A stretch of DNA of 61,555 bases, filler included, from Sluysia triapertura (GCA_046118255.1; 5 parts of 5 records of this genome joined end to end with filler, not necessarily neighbours in it); one strand, 5' to 3'; numbered from the whole stretch's first letter, positions 38,241 to 52,589 are shown. A program made the numbers and translations. The notes: generated by a model not told the origin, from the sequence alone.

Positions 38241-40559
38241 ATTTGTTAATATAAAATTTTTTTGGCTAATGAAACTGTATCATCATATAGAGAAAAATGA
38301 ATCTAAAAAACTAATATTTGAATTTCAGAGTCTTAAAAATCAATCATGTCCGTTTGCTACACGAAAAGCCAATCTTGATTCATCTTGTTAACTGTATTTA
38401 TGAGCAAAAGTAGCGAACTTATAACTAATATTCTTTACAAAGCGTATTTGAAAGTTATAATGAATTCTTTGGATGATGTTACTTCTGAAATAATTTGTAA
38501 AACTATGGCATTAGAAGCACTTAGACAACGTTAAATTATTAATATTAATACTAAAATATCAATATTAAATTAGCAAAAGAATGATTTACAGTTGTATGCA
38601 AACTTTATTCATTGATGCACGATAAAGTGAAAGTATTATGGTAACTTTTTTGATGAATATGATTCTAAATGAATTTAAAATTTTAACTTTGTGCTTAAAC
38701 TTGTGCCGTTGTTTCAGTTTAACTCTGAACATTATTATTTCTTAAATGAAGCTTAGTTTGAATGAAGCAGATTCAAAGTAAATGATGTAAGATTGATCAA
38801 ATTACAAATTTAAATTAATTTGCAAGTCAATATCTATGGATAATTCTGGAGAAGTAGAAAGTTTTGATTATAATTCTAAAGATGATTTTAATTAGAAATA
38901 CATATGAAACTAATTGTTTGTAATTTTGAAAGTGTAGGCAACTTTTTCAAAAGTTCATTTTACTTAAGTGATCTTTATTTTTGAAATTACAGACATTTTC
39001 TTGCTTCTAATTCTAATTATTAATATCTTTCTTTATTAATATTATTAATTCCTTTCTTTTCTTTTTAATTCGAAGTAAATTGTGATTTAATAAAAAATGT
39101 TTCTCTCAGTTATAGACAAATCAACATAGGTAATCTATGTAATTAATTTATTTACTTACATTACACGAAAACTATTTGATATCAACTAATTCTTCTACCT
39201 TACATATTAATTGTTCACAACATTTTTACTAATTGTCGCTTAGTAACTAACTAGTTCTATGGAATTTTTGCTGAAAAATATTAATTAATCTTTGTTATTT
39301 GATTTGTATGAATAAAATGAAAGAATTATAAGAACCTTTTAAAGTATAATAGCTTTAAGATATTCTCACATACGTGTTAAAAAACGTGGATTGTAGCTGA
39401 GCCCATTAAGTCAGTCATTTTTCTCATTTTAAAAGAAAACACCCTAACAAAAAAATAATCATAAATGAAATATTAATTAAAAAGTAATTTAATAATCCTA
39501 AATAAAATAGAACTAAAATAAACATCTTAAAATATACTTACATAAACAAGAGAAAAAAGAGAATGTATTAAACTGAGTAAAACTCATTAAACTTACTTCA
39601 TACTTTGCTAAGATTATGGATCAAGTAATAACATTGGCTATTATAAAAACATAAAACTTAAATTATAGTTCTTGGAAAAATTAATAAATTAATTAAGGAA
39701 AATTAATTAATGTATAGATGAAATATGGCCATATTATTACAATAATGCAAATATAAGAATAAATAAACAAGTATAGAAATTGGACATGTAAGATAATTTA
39801 ACTATGTGAAGGAATTAAATGTAGAATAATTATTATAGAATTGAATTGAAAAATTAATTAATTGAATGTATGTACAGAATTGAAAGAAAGTATTGCTATT
39901 CATTACTTAACAGTATTTCGTATGTAATCATCATTAACATAGAAAGAAGATCAAATTACTGCTTGTTGGACAATAATTATAATTATTACACTGTTTTTAT
40001 AATTTGATTAAACAATTTACTTTTATATTATACTTATTATCATTGTTATTAGTATTTTATATTTATTTTTATTTTTATTGTTGTTATTATTAGATATAAA
40101 CAAATTACCTCACTGATAAATAAATAATATACTGAAATTGATTTAAAATTAATTAAAATAATAAATTATTTAAGTACAATCATAGTCTGCACTTGCAATA
40201 CCATTGGTTATATTGTATTTATTTATTTGATTTGTTATTTTATTAAATATATCTTAGCAGAGAGATTTGAAATTTTAACTTATTTCAACTGTTGCAATGA
40301 AAACAGTTTAGAGGAGCCACAATGTAAAGATTATTAATCACAAACCGATTTGATTTACAAGAAATAAACTTTATTCGTCTTTTTTAAGTTAAAATTTCAC
40401 ATCTTTTGCGACAATTCTAATAAGTATAGTTGTAATGATAAAATATTGTAATAGTAATACAGTTATAATAAATAATTTCATATAAAGTTAAACAAAACAT
40501 ATTTTACGATTAAAGAAAGTGAGAAAAATGTGCATTGTAAATGTTATAAATGCTGAGTT

Positions 40560-40680
40560 TTTTCTTACTTAGACTTACGAATAAAATAGAATATTTTCTT
40601 ACGGTCCGTCCACCAACGTACTAGGCTTACCAGTTAGGGCTAACCGTTTGATTTAAATGAAAAAATCTTTAAATTAGAGA
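40560..40680 (-). mobile_element. LINE 3'-end copy (family of 23130-23923)
   Basis: CACCAACGTACTAGGCTTACCAGTTAGGGCTAACCG closely matches 23275-23310. Confidence 0.6.
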
Positions 40681-43600
40681 TAAGGATTTTATTCAATTAT
40701 TAAATGTTCACTTGCTTAGTTTAGTTTAACAACATTTAAACACAAAAGTCCTTATAGCTATTGAGTTTACATTCAATCATATTAAAAGGATTGGTAAACA
40801 ATTGTGAATTTATGAATCCTTACAAAATTCAGTAAATATTCACTGTGACCTATTCAAAATAAGATTTTTTAAATAAATGCTAAACGATAAATCCTATTGT
40901 TCCTATTATAACAATGTATTGAGTTTATGATTCTGAATAAACTTCGGAGAACTTAAATCTACGACTGATTTTAAAACTTATATGAGTTACGAGGATTCGC
41001 CATACGAATCTTTTAGTAATAATTATTAAATTACTTTAAAATATATTAAGAAAAATAATTGGTTATGCAGTTATGATAACGTAAATAAATTTGATATATT
41101 ACAAAATTAACTGAAAAGTTAATAATAATGCAATAGGATTTTAAAAATGAGTTTACGAAGGAATCCTTAGTTGGTTCCAAAAGAAAATTATAAAATTAAA
41201 TTTCGTATATTTTACAATAGTACTTAAAATGTAGCAACCTTGCAAAAACAAGCTAACGATTGATAAAAATTTTATTTAAATAAAAGTCGTTTGTCCACAG
41301 TTATCAGGAACACCAGATCGTATCCAAAAAGTTTTCAAGATTAACAAATTTTATCAAAGTTTTTAAATATTTTTACCTGTGTAATGAAAGTGATTATTTT
41401 TATATTAATTTCAGTCATCCTTGACGACTCTGGACAAAGAAAACTATTTAATTTTATAAAATAATAATGAAATTATTACAAAATTAACAATATTATTAAA
41501 TTAAAAATTAAATATTTTAATAATTATAAAATAACAATAAAATAATTCATTCCTTTCAAAATTAAAAATTATATAAAATATTTTAATAATTAAAAATTAC
41601 TTAAAATTAAATTAACAAAATCCGAAATTAATCACTACCTTTTTAAAATTAATCAATAAAATCCAAAATAACTTTACACAATAACTATAAAATTAATAAA
41701 TAATCGATAATAATATGCTAGATGTAATCAATTAGATTGTACGTCATAGATCATTACATGAAGAAACAATTTCAATTATAATGACATCATAAAAATAAAT
41801 TAACAAATAATAAAAACATTATAAATAAATCTTGAATAAAATTAATATTAATACTGACTTGCATTACAATAAAACTGAAAAAATAGTTACCAACCATAAA
41901 GACCTTATTTATAAAACCCAAAGAGTATCGAGAAATACCTCTAAATAATAAAGTCTTAACCCAAAAGACAAACCTGAAGAAAGATGCCGGAATATAAAAC
42001 ATGTAATTTGCATCTGGAAAATATTCCATATCGAAGGTAAACGCTAAAATCCTCTATAAAGTCAATACTGACAGATAAAATCAAATACTAACAAGATGGA
42101 TATAAACAAATAAGTGGATTATATGAAAAATAATACGTACTCTATAATTAACTAGCAAATAGGGAAAATTGGATATGCGGCCATAACATAAGAATTATTA
42201 GAGAAAAATTTTTCATCAAGGGAAGTTAACTATAGAGAAGAAAATACAATGAAAATAAATAATTTTCGGCTATAAATTTTCTCAAAGAAAAATAATACAT
42301 AAACAAGAACATTATAATCTAAATTCTAATTCTATTTTAAACCTTCTTTTGATTTTGATCATTCAGTTTGACTGTTTATAGTAGGTACACTATTTAAAAT
42401 TAAATAAAAATAAAAATACAAAAAAGTTAATACAATGGAAGATCACAAACTTTAGTATATATTTCATTACTTTTAACATATTTTTAGTCGTATTTGTTTC
42501 AGATTTTTATTTATTGTTGTAGAAAATATTATTCTATTACAGTTTGATTTAGATTACTTAGGATAATATTAGATTCAAATTCAAATTCAATTTAGTACTT
42601 TCATTTTTGAGTCAAAATACTCACGTTAAAATTCAGTTTAAAATATCACAAGCCAAACCAACTTCTCAATGATATTAAACAATAAAATAAAATAAAATTA
42701 ATTAAATAAAAATTAAATAAAATTTAAAATATTAAATTAATTAAATTAAATTAAAATTAATCTTAATGTAACATAAAATAATTTACTGTCATTATTATTA
42801 TTTTTATTATTCTATTAAAAAATTAAAATACTTTGTTTTTAATTCCTATAACATGACGTTAATAAAGCCTATCATTCAAATTTTGAATTATTTTATAATG
42901 ATTGATTAAAATACTGTATTATGTTTATAAAAATTTATAATTAAAAAACTATTAGCCTTTAGAGATAAATGATAATATTTTGAATTTATTAAATACAGAC
43001 TTAGATATAATAATTTTTAAAGATGCTTACAACATACTTTTAAAAGCTTAAACAATTTGACAATTCATTATATTTAGTTTACATTATTCTTAATATTCAT
43101 CAATGTACAGTTATTTCACTTATAATAATACATAATTTTTTATATATTTTAAAAACTATATCTTTTCAAATAAAAAACTGAAAAAAATATTTCAAATATA
43201 GTTAAGTTAAACTTAAAAAATAAATTATTATTATTCACGTTTAGTCATAAACTTTAGATTTCAAAATATATTGTAAAGCCTCTTTAAAAATTATTATAAC
43301 TAAAACTATATTTAATAAATTCAAATTATTATCATATATCTCCAAATGCTTAAACCAAAATAATTGAATTTTATTGCATATATATTTAAAAAATAGTTTT
43401 TTTAAAAAAACTATAAATCAAGTGCAGATAAGAATACTCAAAACAACAGATAATTTGAATTAATGTAATATAAATTTAAAGCCTATTTATATTATTATAT
43501 TAAAATAATAAACGTATAAAGATAAACCAACTTTTACTGAACTTTCTAATTAACATTGTTTTAATTTTTCAATAAAGTTAACTATTTTCTTTATTTTTTA

Positions 43601-43980
43601 GCAATAAAATAAAAATTAAAACGTTGGAATTATAAGTTGTCTTAAAATTTTGTGATAAAAATCTATGAAAATTAAATTACAAAATTAAAATATATAAGTA
43701 TAATTATACGGTAATTTGAGTTAAAAAGCAAAATATAAACTCAAGTTCAAATAAAATAATATATAAAGCTAAGATATGTGATGTAAGATTTTCATGACGA
43801 CACTTTAAATGAGGTTTTAACAAAATAACAGTAAATAATGAATATTACTTTACACATATTTCAAATAAACATTTAATAAACATGGTAATAATAATAACAT
43901 TATTGTTATTATTTCTATCATCATTTTATTTAAGTATTATTTTTATGAACCGTTTTATTAATTTATTAATTTTGTGACTA

Positions 43981-44249
43981 CCACTATCAATGATGATACT
44001 ATTAATTCGTATGTACAGTTTATTGTCATTATTGATAGTGGTTGAGTCTTCAACAGAAATGAAATTTTTTGTATTATTTAACTTGTCATCAGTCGACAGG
44101 CATTTAAAATCATTAGGTATTGCTTTATTAACTGTCGACTAATAACAGTTGATCATGTGTTATTGTTTGCCTGTCCTCACTGAACAGGCAAATTATTGAC
44201 TGCCCAGTTAAAATTATTATCGTTCTTTTCTTTTGTTTTGATTGGGCAG
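43981..44249 (+). promoter_or_regulatory. Conserved hairpin copy C plus three further inverted repeats upstream of CCCH gene C
   Basis: Arms 43981-43998/44024-44041; AGTCGACAG/CTGTCGACT (44091-44140); TTTGCCTGT/ACAGGCAAA (44166-44192); CTGCCCAGT/ATTGGGCAG (44200-44249). TATAAA near 44276. Confidence 0.75.
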
Positions 44250-44366
44250 CCACTCACAGCATAAAAAATTTTCATATAAAGTAAAAAATACTGTTTGTTT
44301 ATGATTATAATAATTAGATTAATAGAAATTAAAAGAAACTTTTACGATAATATTAATTTATTCAAT

Positions 44367-45594
44367 ATGTTAAAAACTAAAATGGCTAAGTCTAATGAAG
44401 ATTCTTTGTATGATCTAATAATAATTACTGCTCTTGAAAAGTATATAGAAACCAATTCAAAATTAGATAATGGTTCTGATAGATTTATCTCATTCAATAA
44501 ACACGATTTATTCCACGTTTGCTACATTAGATGATAGTTTGATGGATTATTTAGTAATTTATTAAAGAATCTTAATAATGATCATGGTTGGAAAGAGTTA
44601 TTAGATGAGGGTGCCACTGTACGTTCAACTGTAATATATATGTAAAGCTGTTGCAGAGCATTTGGTTATTGGAGTCATAATGGCAAATTGATGCATAGTT
44701 GTTTGGATAGTTTGGGTCAATGTGAGCACCTTACGGACGAAGTGACAGCGAATTTTCATAATGAATTGAAATTGACAAACTTGGATATATGTTTTAAATA
44801 TAACATAAAAGAAACGGATGCAGTATAGAGTAGTAAAACATTAGTGCACAGTCGTGATGAAATAATTCACAATTTCATATCATCAATTTTTCGACGCTGT
44901 TTTGAGTATATTTATGTTGTCAATCCATGCAGATCATTAGTTTCAGTGCGTGAATTGTCATCCTATTGTGGTACAGATATTTAGTACTCAATTGTAAAGA
45001 GATCAGGATATTGAATAAGCAGATGATTCAAGCCAGCGAATTATATGATAAAATCCTAGATTTATCGAAGAAAGCCGTATTTCGATACGAAATTGAATGG
45101 ACATGTGTTGAAAATTTAGAATTTCAAATTGATAATCTGATAAAAATATATAACAGATAGATTCCACCGTTGAATCTGATGTTTCTATAACCAGAATTCA
45201 AATGATCCAATCAGATTTGCGTAAGGCAAGGTGATCCAATAAACGTCAATCTTATGATCAATACTCACGACACATCAAGTCCGGTTTGTGTCTATGCGGT
45301 ACGACACAAGGTGGGAAGTGTGCTAGGTTTGGCAATGCCTGTTTATATTCACACGATGCGTCTGAAGTCGTGAATATTTTTGCCTGGATGTCAGACTGGA
45401 CAGACCATCAGTATAGAATCCAAGAACTAATTTCATCATTGATAGAAGTACCCTTCCACAATAACAATGAACATAACTTGAAAGTAATTATGATTTTCAA
45501 TTCTGATTATATTTATATTGTTATAATCATGTATCCTTAATTTTTTCAGAAACTTACAAAAGCCATTGTTGAAACATGCCCAAGAATTGATTGA
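44367..45594 (+). pseudogene. CCCH zinc-finger family gene, copy C
   Basis: KSGLCLCGTTQGGKCARFGNACLYSHD...WTDHQYRIQELIS, with intron 45484-45549 followed by KL as in copy A. LGQCE is shared with copy A. Several stops and frameshifts occur upstream. Confidence 0.7.
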
Positions 45595-47119
45595 CACGAA
45601 ACAAAATTTAAAATTAAATGTTAAAAAATTTTCGAATATAAATATAATATATGTTAATTGTTTTCTTTGTTTGATTAATTTTAAGATAGACTTCACATTG
45701 ATTAAATGCATGAATGACTCTATGAACGTTAAGTTTTATTTAAAATTAAAACTTACAAATGTTAAATTTTATTTAAAATCAAAAATTGTTGATATGAAAT
45801 GTCAGACAATATTACAACATTTCTGTCTTTATTTCTGAAGTTCCTTTGGACTGTTAGACCTTGCTTTACCAGCATGTGATCCGGTTTGCGTAAAACACTT
45901 TAACGTCATTTGCGCTCGTGAAGCCACGTGAAATCTTCATCATTCTAGCAGTTTCACTCTAAACAAGAATTCATTCACGTTCTACTTCAGTCAGTTCTTT
46001 TATTTGCAGCATCATAGGTATTACAACAATTTTTATGCAAAAACTGCAAACAATAATTTTTTTAAACTGTCTTTTAGTGAAACTAAAATTTAAATAATAT
46101 ATTCTACTTTACTTGAGTTGATATTATAATAATATGTAAGACTGTATAATATAATAAAATTAAAAATATACTGTTTATTTAGTCGAGAGAGTTTGTTTTA
46201 TTAGGGAAAAATTTCTTGACATAAATAGATAATTCAAACAAACTGAATAAAAATGACCTCTATCAATAAACTAATTAAAATAATAGTTTATACTTTAAAA
46301 TAATACAATGCATTATTATAGTACATATGTATAACTAAAAGTAAATAATAACCACAATAATGATAATAATAATAATTTTTATATCTCTAAAATTTAATTA
46401 ATCATGCAGAATTTTGTTTGTTTTACTAGGTAGAATTAAACTTAAATAAAAAATAAAACGGAAAATAAATCTACCATTAATCTACACGGATTATATTTGA
46501 AGATATTATTGATTAATAGTCAGTTTGTTTATTTATGTTGCAAAATAATAATTATAATACATAAATAGTGTTTTTATTTCATTTAAAGACTAAAACATTT
46601 GATTATGAATTTATTTTAAATGTTATTTATCTATATTATTTCGTTTAATTAATAATTGGAAATTAATTTTTAAATATTGATAATGAAGCTAAATGTAACA
46701 AATTTCATTTTGACAATAATGGTACATTTTACAAATATTTTTGAAATATTCGAAATGTAAAAACATAATAATACAAATATTATAAGAAATGACAAGTTCA
46801 AATTATTGATTTAATATTATGTGAAAACAATTTTAAAAAATGATAAGTAAATTAGTTTAATATTTATTTTAAAGATCAATGTAAAATAAATCAATAATTA
46901 ATCATCTTTTTTTACATCTTAAAATAATATCATGATAAATTAAAATATAATATAATAAACGTGTGATGTAATATTTAGTTTGTATTTAAAAATATATTAA
47001 TTAAAAAAATTAAATAAAAATTAATACTTAATTAATACATATTTAATATTAAATTAAAGAATGTTTATAGAAAAATACTATTAATTTCTACATTTCAAAA
47101 CTTTAGGCTAATATTTTTA

Positions 47120-47235
47120 CTACTAATAATAATATTGTTATTATTCGGTTGAAAATGAAACTTATAGAATAACGTAAAAGTTTAGCGTGAGTTCACCAAC
47201 GTACTGGACTCACCAGTTACAAATTAAACGAGTCT
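47120..47235 (-). mobile_element. LINE 3'-end copy (family of 23130-23923)
   Basis: GTGAGTTCACCAACGTACTGGACTCACCAGTTA, next to a CTA/TAA-type tail. Confidence 0.55.
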
Positions 47236-47648
47236 CAAATTGATGCTTATAAGAAATGCTCGAGAATTTTATTACTTAACTATCTGGAGGTAAGTTAAGG
47301 ATTTCAGTTAATTTATTAATAATAATGTTAATTAAATGATTCCTTCATATGGAATCTATAAATTGATTTTATGTAGTTAGATATAAATTGTAACTTTTGA
47401 AAACTTGTAGACAATCAATTTTATAGTTAAAACTGTATAAATTAAATCACATAGGTAAAAATTAATTGTCAATAATTTATTTTCCAAAAACTTTAAGAAC
47501 GTACAAAAACAGTAGATAAAAATAATGGTTTGCACAAATTAACTACTTGAGTTAATGAATAAAATAATTGGGATCAGAATTAATTTTTCCCACCGATAAG
47601 GAACAGAATTAATTTCCCTCCCCCGATAAGAAAAATCATTTAATTAAA

Positions 47649-47748
47649 NNNNNNNNNNNNNNNNNNNNNNNNNNNNNNNNNNNNNNNNNNNNTTAATTAA
47701 TTAANNNNNNNNNNNNNNNNNNNNNNNNNNNNNNNNNNNNNNNNNNNN
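47649..47748. other. Artificial contig-join linker
   Basis: N44-TTAATTAATTAA-N44. Confidence 0.95.
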
Positions 47749-48849
47749 TTTAAGTCATATTGAGTCGTAGAAGCCAGTAATTTTTAAAGACGCAACACTA
47801 TATTAATTTAGGTTAAAAGTAATTAATAATAATTAATTAAGAGTAATTAATAATAATAATAATTAATAAGAGTAATAATAATTAAGCAATAATATTATTT
47901 TTTAACGTTCTAGATTGATATTTTTAGTGTCTCTTGCGTCACTCATGATTTCTTTAGTGATATTGTAGTGTCCTTAATACTATTATAAACATTATTATTA
48001 AGTTTGTTTTTTAGTCAGTTTTAATATTGTTTGGTGGAGATTCATAATAATAAGTTGAATTTTGATTTCGTTTAATAGTAAATTATTGTGTTGTTGTTAT
48101 TGATTTTAATTTTTGAGTGGAATAATTATTATTATCAAAGTAAGAGAATTACTGAAAAATTATAGTTGATATAGTGATTACTTAAATTATTAAGATTCTT
48201 TTTAAGCTAATAAAAATAATATTGATTTATCAAAGCTGATAATTTACAAAGACGCAACACTTTTATATTTTCTCACCATCCAATCATTAATCACCACAAT
48301 CAAACATTCTCTTACACAAAATCATTAGAACCTCATTTGAAGATTAAACCGACAATAACAGCTTTGATAATTACAGTTATGGCCTGCCAAATTTTATTAG
48401 ATATAATACACAAAAAATGATTAATGATCAGCTATTATTTTTTTTACTCTACTCGATATATTTTTACATAAATTATTCACATAAAAATAACAATAATCAA
48501 TATTGTCAAGATAAACAAAAAATAATTCATTTTTGATGTCAGAATTCAATTAAATTTTAGTTTTTCACATCCAATTTTCTAATGGAAAACATTTAGAGCT
48601 TTCATTCTTAAACAGGCCATTTCATAAACCTTTCATATTAATTTCTCAATTTTCCTCTTTCATAGGAATAATCTCTTATTAAATTTATTATCTTTTCAAC
48701 ATTTTAAGTATAAAAAACTAAACTATCTATAATTAAGAATTAATTAAAATTTGACTTTGTTCATTATTAAAGTTTTTCTACATGAACTCGGTCAAACCAT
48801 GGCTTCATCGAAAGGTATTTTTTAAATAAACGTATGACAGTTTCAACTT

Positions 48850-49700
48850 TGGCATTGTAAATGCTTTTGAAGTATTCAATTTAAGCATAAAAGTTTATTC
48901 ACCTAAACTTTCTTTAGAAACCAATATTTTGTTTATTTTACACATTCAGCTTTAGAGATATAGCAATATTATACAAAAGAAAAATGTAAAAGAAAAGCAA
49001 ATAATAAAATAATTATTAAATATTAATTATTGCATAATTAATGAATGTCTGCTTTAAATTGGGAATTTTGTTAATTATATTATGAGTTAAGAATTTATTA
49101 TATTGCGTAGTTTTGTAATGGCAATAAAATGTTTTAAAATTAAGTGAGGCCACCTACGATCTTAGACTTTTGAGTTACGGCTAGTCCGTAGGAATTTAAA
49201 GAGTAATACTGCGTGAAGGTTAATTTAAATTTCTGTCTTTAGCAATTTATGCCTTAATACTGTATAACTAAGACGTGAAGATTCGTTTAATTCTATACTT
49301 AATAATATATTCAAAGATAATTTACTAGAGTCACTTGTCAAAAAATTTAAAAGGGTTTTTTCAGTAAAATTTCTGTTTTAAAGATAAACTTGATAATTTG
49401 ACTTATAATACAAATTTTATTACGGTTCTGTTAAATAGAACCGGACGATAAAGATATTTTGATTTTACTGAGATTCTTTAGTAGATAAAACCTGTGAACA
49501 ATGATTTTATTATGATTTCTTCTAAATGGAACCTTTTATAAATTTGATTAATGTAATACTTTTAATTATAATTTAAACTTTACAATATTTTAATTATTGC
49601 GATTTTGAAGTTAAATAATTTTACGTAGGCGTAAACTTATTTAGGATCTCCATAAATAGATCATTTTACTAAAAACATTAAATTAATCGTCAATATTGAA
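48850..49700 (-). mobile_element. Heavily decayed LINE ORF2 (reverse-transcriptase region) remnant
   Basis: Minus frames give GDPK*VYAYVK (CR1-like NPKxFYxYV) and LTSDSSKL (ISLTS..K-like) in the expected order. Confidence 0.35.
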
Positions 49701-50404
49701 GTATAACAATATTATACTATAATTATGTGTGGAGGGCGTTAAGAGATTAGTGTTTGACAAATTATAATTAATTTTATTTAATTTTAATTTTTTATTAACA
49801 AAATTAAAAAATATCTAAATAACAATAATTTAACTTTAACTTGAAAATTTTTAACAAATCAGGCTTAAAGCCTGTCAAAATTAAACATTAAAAACTTCAA
49901 AACAACAAAGTACGTTTTTATTTGTGCGACAATATCAAATAATCATAGCATAAAAATAATAGTAACAATTAAATTTCTACAAATAAATGCAATAACGAAT
50001 AACAACAAATTGATCTAGATTTAAAATTTAGATCAGCATTAGTAACGGAGAAAAGAATATGTTATTTGTACACGATTCAAAAATTTAACGAAATTAAGTT
50101 GAGGCCTTAATGAAATTTTGATATTATCATCACAACGAATTCTTAATAAAACAAATCCATAAATTTTCTTGATGTTTCAATACCATTTTCTTTAGTAAAT
50201 CAATAACAAACATAATCTGACGAATAATTATCCTCACTTATATCGCATTTCCGAACTCCACCGTGATTGATTACAATGAAATTGATCACTTTTAAATGTT
50301 AAATAATCTGATGTCGATTTATTAAAACTTAATGCAACTGATCTATATTGAAGCTCTGTTGATTCCAATAGCTTTAAAACACTGAAGAAAAACTTTGAAA
50401 TATT

Positions 50405-51060
50405 TCATTCCATGTTTGTAGTTTTCTGTGTTCTTTGTGGTCTCGTATCAGATGAAGGTATACTAGTACCGCTGCACACAGAATAGTTACCGCAGTCATA
50501 GGATTTATACTGTTTTGTGTTCGATGTCAATTTAATTGTTGTGCTACTAATCACTGGTAGTTGTTGTTGTTTTTGAGTATTGTTATTTATTCCAACTGGA
50601 ACATTTTGAATACCTTCACGATGCTGTGAAGTAATTTCCGAAGAACTTGTTGGAACAACTGATTCTAATGCCGAAATATCTAAATCTCTTAACCACCCGG
50701 TTCGAACCCAATCTTTGATTTTACTCTTTATATCGCGACCAGTCTTCAACAGATTTGGATTTGCTTTAACACATGAATATTTAGTTTCTTTTTCACAGTA
50801 TCTTCTTGTGGAAATACGATATCGTGATTTTCATTTATCGAATTATAATCATCAGTTTCAATAACGATACCTATCTTTGATAATTCTTCATTTTTTTAAT
50901 AATTCAATCATAGTAGCATATTTTTGAGCAGTTAAAATGCTTTGTTGTTCAAGTATTTTATATTTTCCTATCAATTCACGAAGAAGTTTTTCAAATGACA
51001 CATTTGATCGATTATTGTGATGTGTTTGTGTTAATGGTTTTGATTATCGGAAGTATTTTG
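50405..51060 (-). pseudogene. Coding-like segment of unknown protein, with frameshifts
   Basis: 114-aa ORF with a protein-like start (KTGRDIKSKIKDWVRTGWLRDLD) and an S/T/Q-rich tail. Upstream frames (FEKLLRELIGKYKILEQ..; EELSKIGIVIETDDY..) connect only through shifts. Acceptor-like TTCCTTTAG near 51063. Confidence 0.4.
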
Positions 51061-51739
51061 ATCTAAAGGAACGGGAAACAATATATTTGTTTTCAAATCT
51101 TGTTTCTCAGTAATTGATAAAGGAATATTTTCCATAGAAAGTACATATGTGTATCTTGGGCAACCACGATATTCGAATAATTGACTTTCTATGAGACAGT
51201 TCAATTGAAATGTTGGAATTATTAAAAGAACGAATTTTATAACAGATACTAAATGCGTACTTTATCGAGTAACACATACACAAATATATAAACTGGGAAA
51301 AGCAAAAGAATTAAAAAAGGTTGATAATAAGGATAAAGAAATAATAATGATATTATAATTATTATATGCTTAAAAATTAATGGTATTGTTGATGTTAGTA
51401 TGAAAGTTGTAATTCGTGATAATTCTGTGCAATGATTATGTTTGTTTTTTGAAAGAGTTTAATAGTTTGTTTAATGATCTTTGTAAGTGAGTGATGTCTT
51501 TATGTGATGAAGTGTGATGAAGTGTGATGAATTATATGAGATTTCCCTACACATACATAATTTCTTAATTCTTTCATAATTTGTATAAGTTAAACGGTAA
51601 AAAATAATAAAAAGAAATATTAATTCTGTTATTTATTAATGTCAACTTCAAAATTTAAAGAAAAGATTCTATCATACAATAAGGATTATTATCTACAATC
51701 ATATTAAAATTTGTATAAAGATATTACTATCACTAGTTT

Positions 51740-52577
51740 TGTTAGGTTGCCATCACACACCCCTAAAATTATGAAAAAATATTATTAAAATTTCATTTAA
51801 ATCATTTAAAAAATATTTTAGAGTTTCCAAATATTCAAAAAACATTTATTTTCCAAAAAAGAAAATAGAAATTCTAAAAAGGAAAATTTGCTTTTATAAA
51901 TAGAATAGAAGCTTCTATAATATTCCATCGATTTTCATTGGCTGATGACTAGTATATAAACTAGCATCACTTTAATGAAAATCGCCATTTAATTAGTTAG
52001 CTATTTAGTACAGTCATATTTAATTATCTGCCATTTAATTATTGGAATTTCAGTCGCCATTTTTGTATCAATTTGTCAAGTGATTTAGCGATTCAAAGTC
52101 TTTGGTATTTGGAACAATTACATTAATTCGATTTTCTGCATATTCAAATTTCCATAATATCGGTAAATTGTTTTTTGTAGGGTATTTTTATCTTCCAGGA
52201 GAAGATAAAAATATTAAAATCAACTGAAAATATTTCAGGTAATTAATTTTTATATCTTCGATATAATGAGACAAATTTTCCATTAAATTTGTAATTTAAA
52301 ATCAAATATTTGTAAGAAAATTTTGATTATAAATTATATTATTATTATAATGTTTAAGTCCTTTTTCTTTTTAATAATAGAATTTGATTTTTGTCAATTA
52401 CTAACTGATAAATAGGTTTAAGACCCTCTAAAAATATTAAAAGTAATATTAAGTTAAGTACGATTTTTCACTTATAGGCTACAGAGGTGCCAGCTATTAG
52501 TTGTAAAACGCTTAATGTAGCCGGACGCTGCTCAATTTTATTTTGCCGTAGGTTTAGCATTAGGAAAAACCACAGCA
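51740..52577 (+). mobile_element. Solo LTR, 838 bp
   Basis: TGTTAGGTTGCCATCA...AACCACAGCA with perfect 4-bp TSD GTTT; same family as 16567-17365. Confidence 0.9.
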
Positions 52578-52589
52578 GTTTCAACAGAT

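Noticed and set aside
41640-42330. Integrase C-terminal remnant (GKYSISKV..Y) and antisense ORF 41787-42029
   Set aside because: Too degraded to support; the listed ORF is probably the antisense shadow of A-rich sequence.
47572-47632. CRISPR-like or satellite repeat (AGAATTAATTT..CC..CCGATAAG twice)
   Set aside because: Only two adjacent units with no spacers, at a contig end, in eukaryotic DNA.
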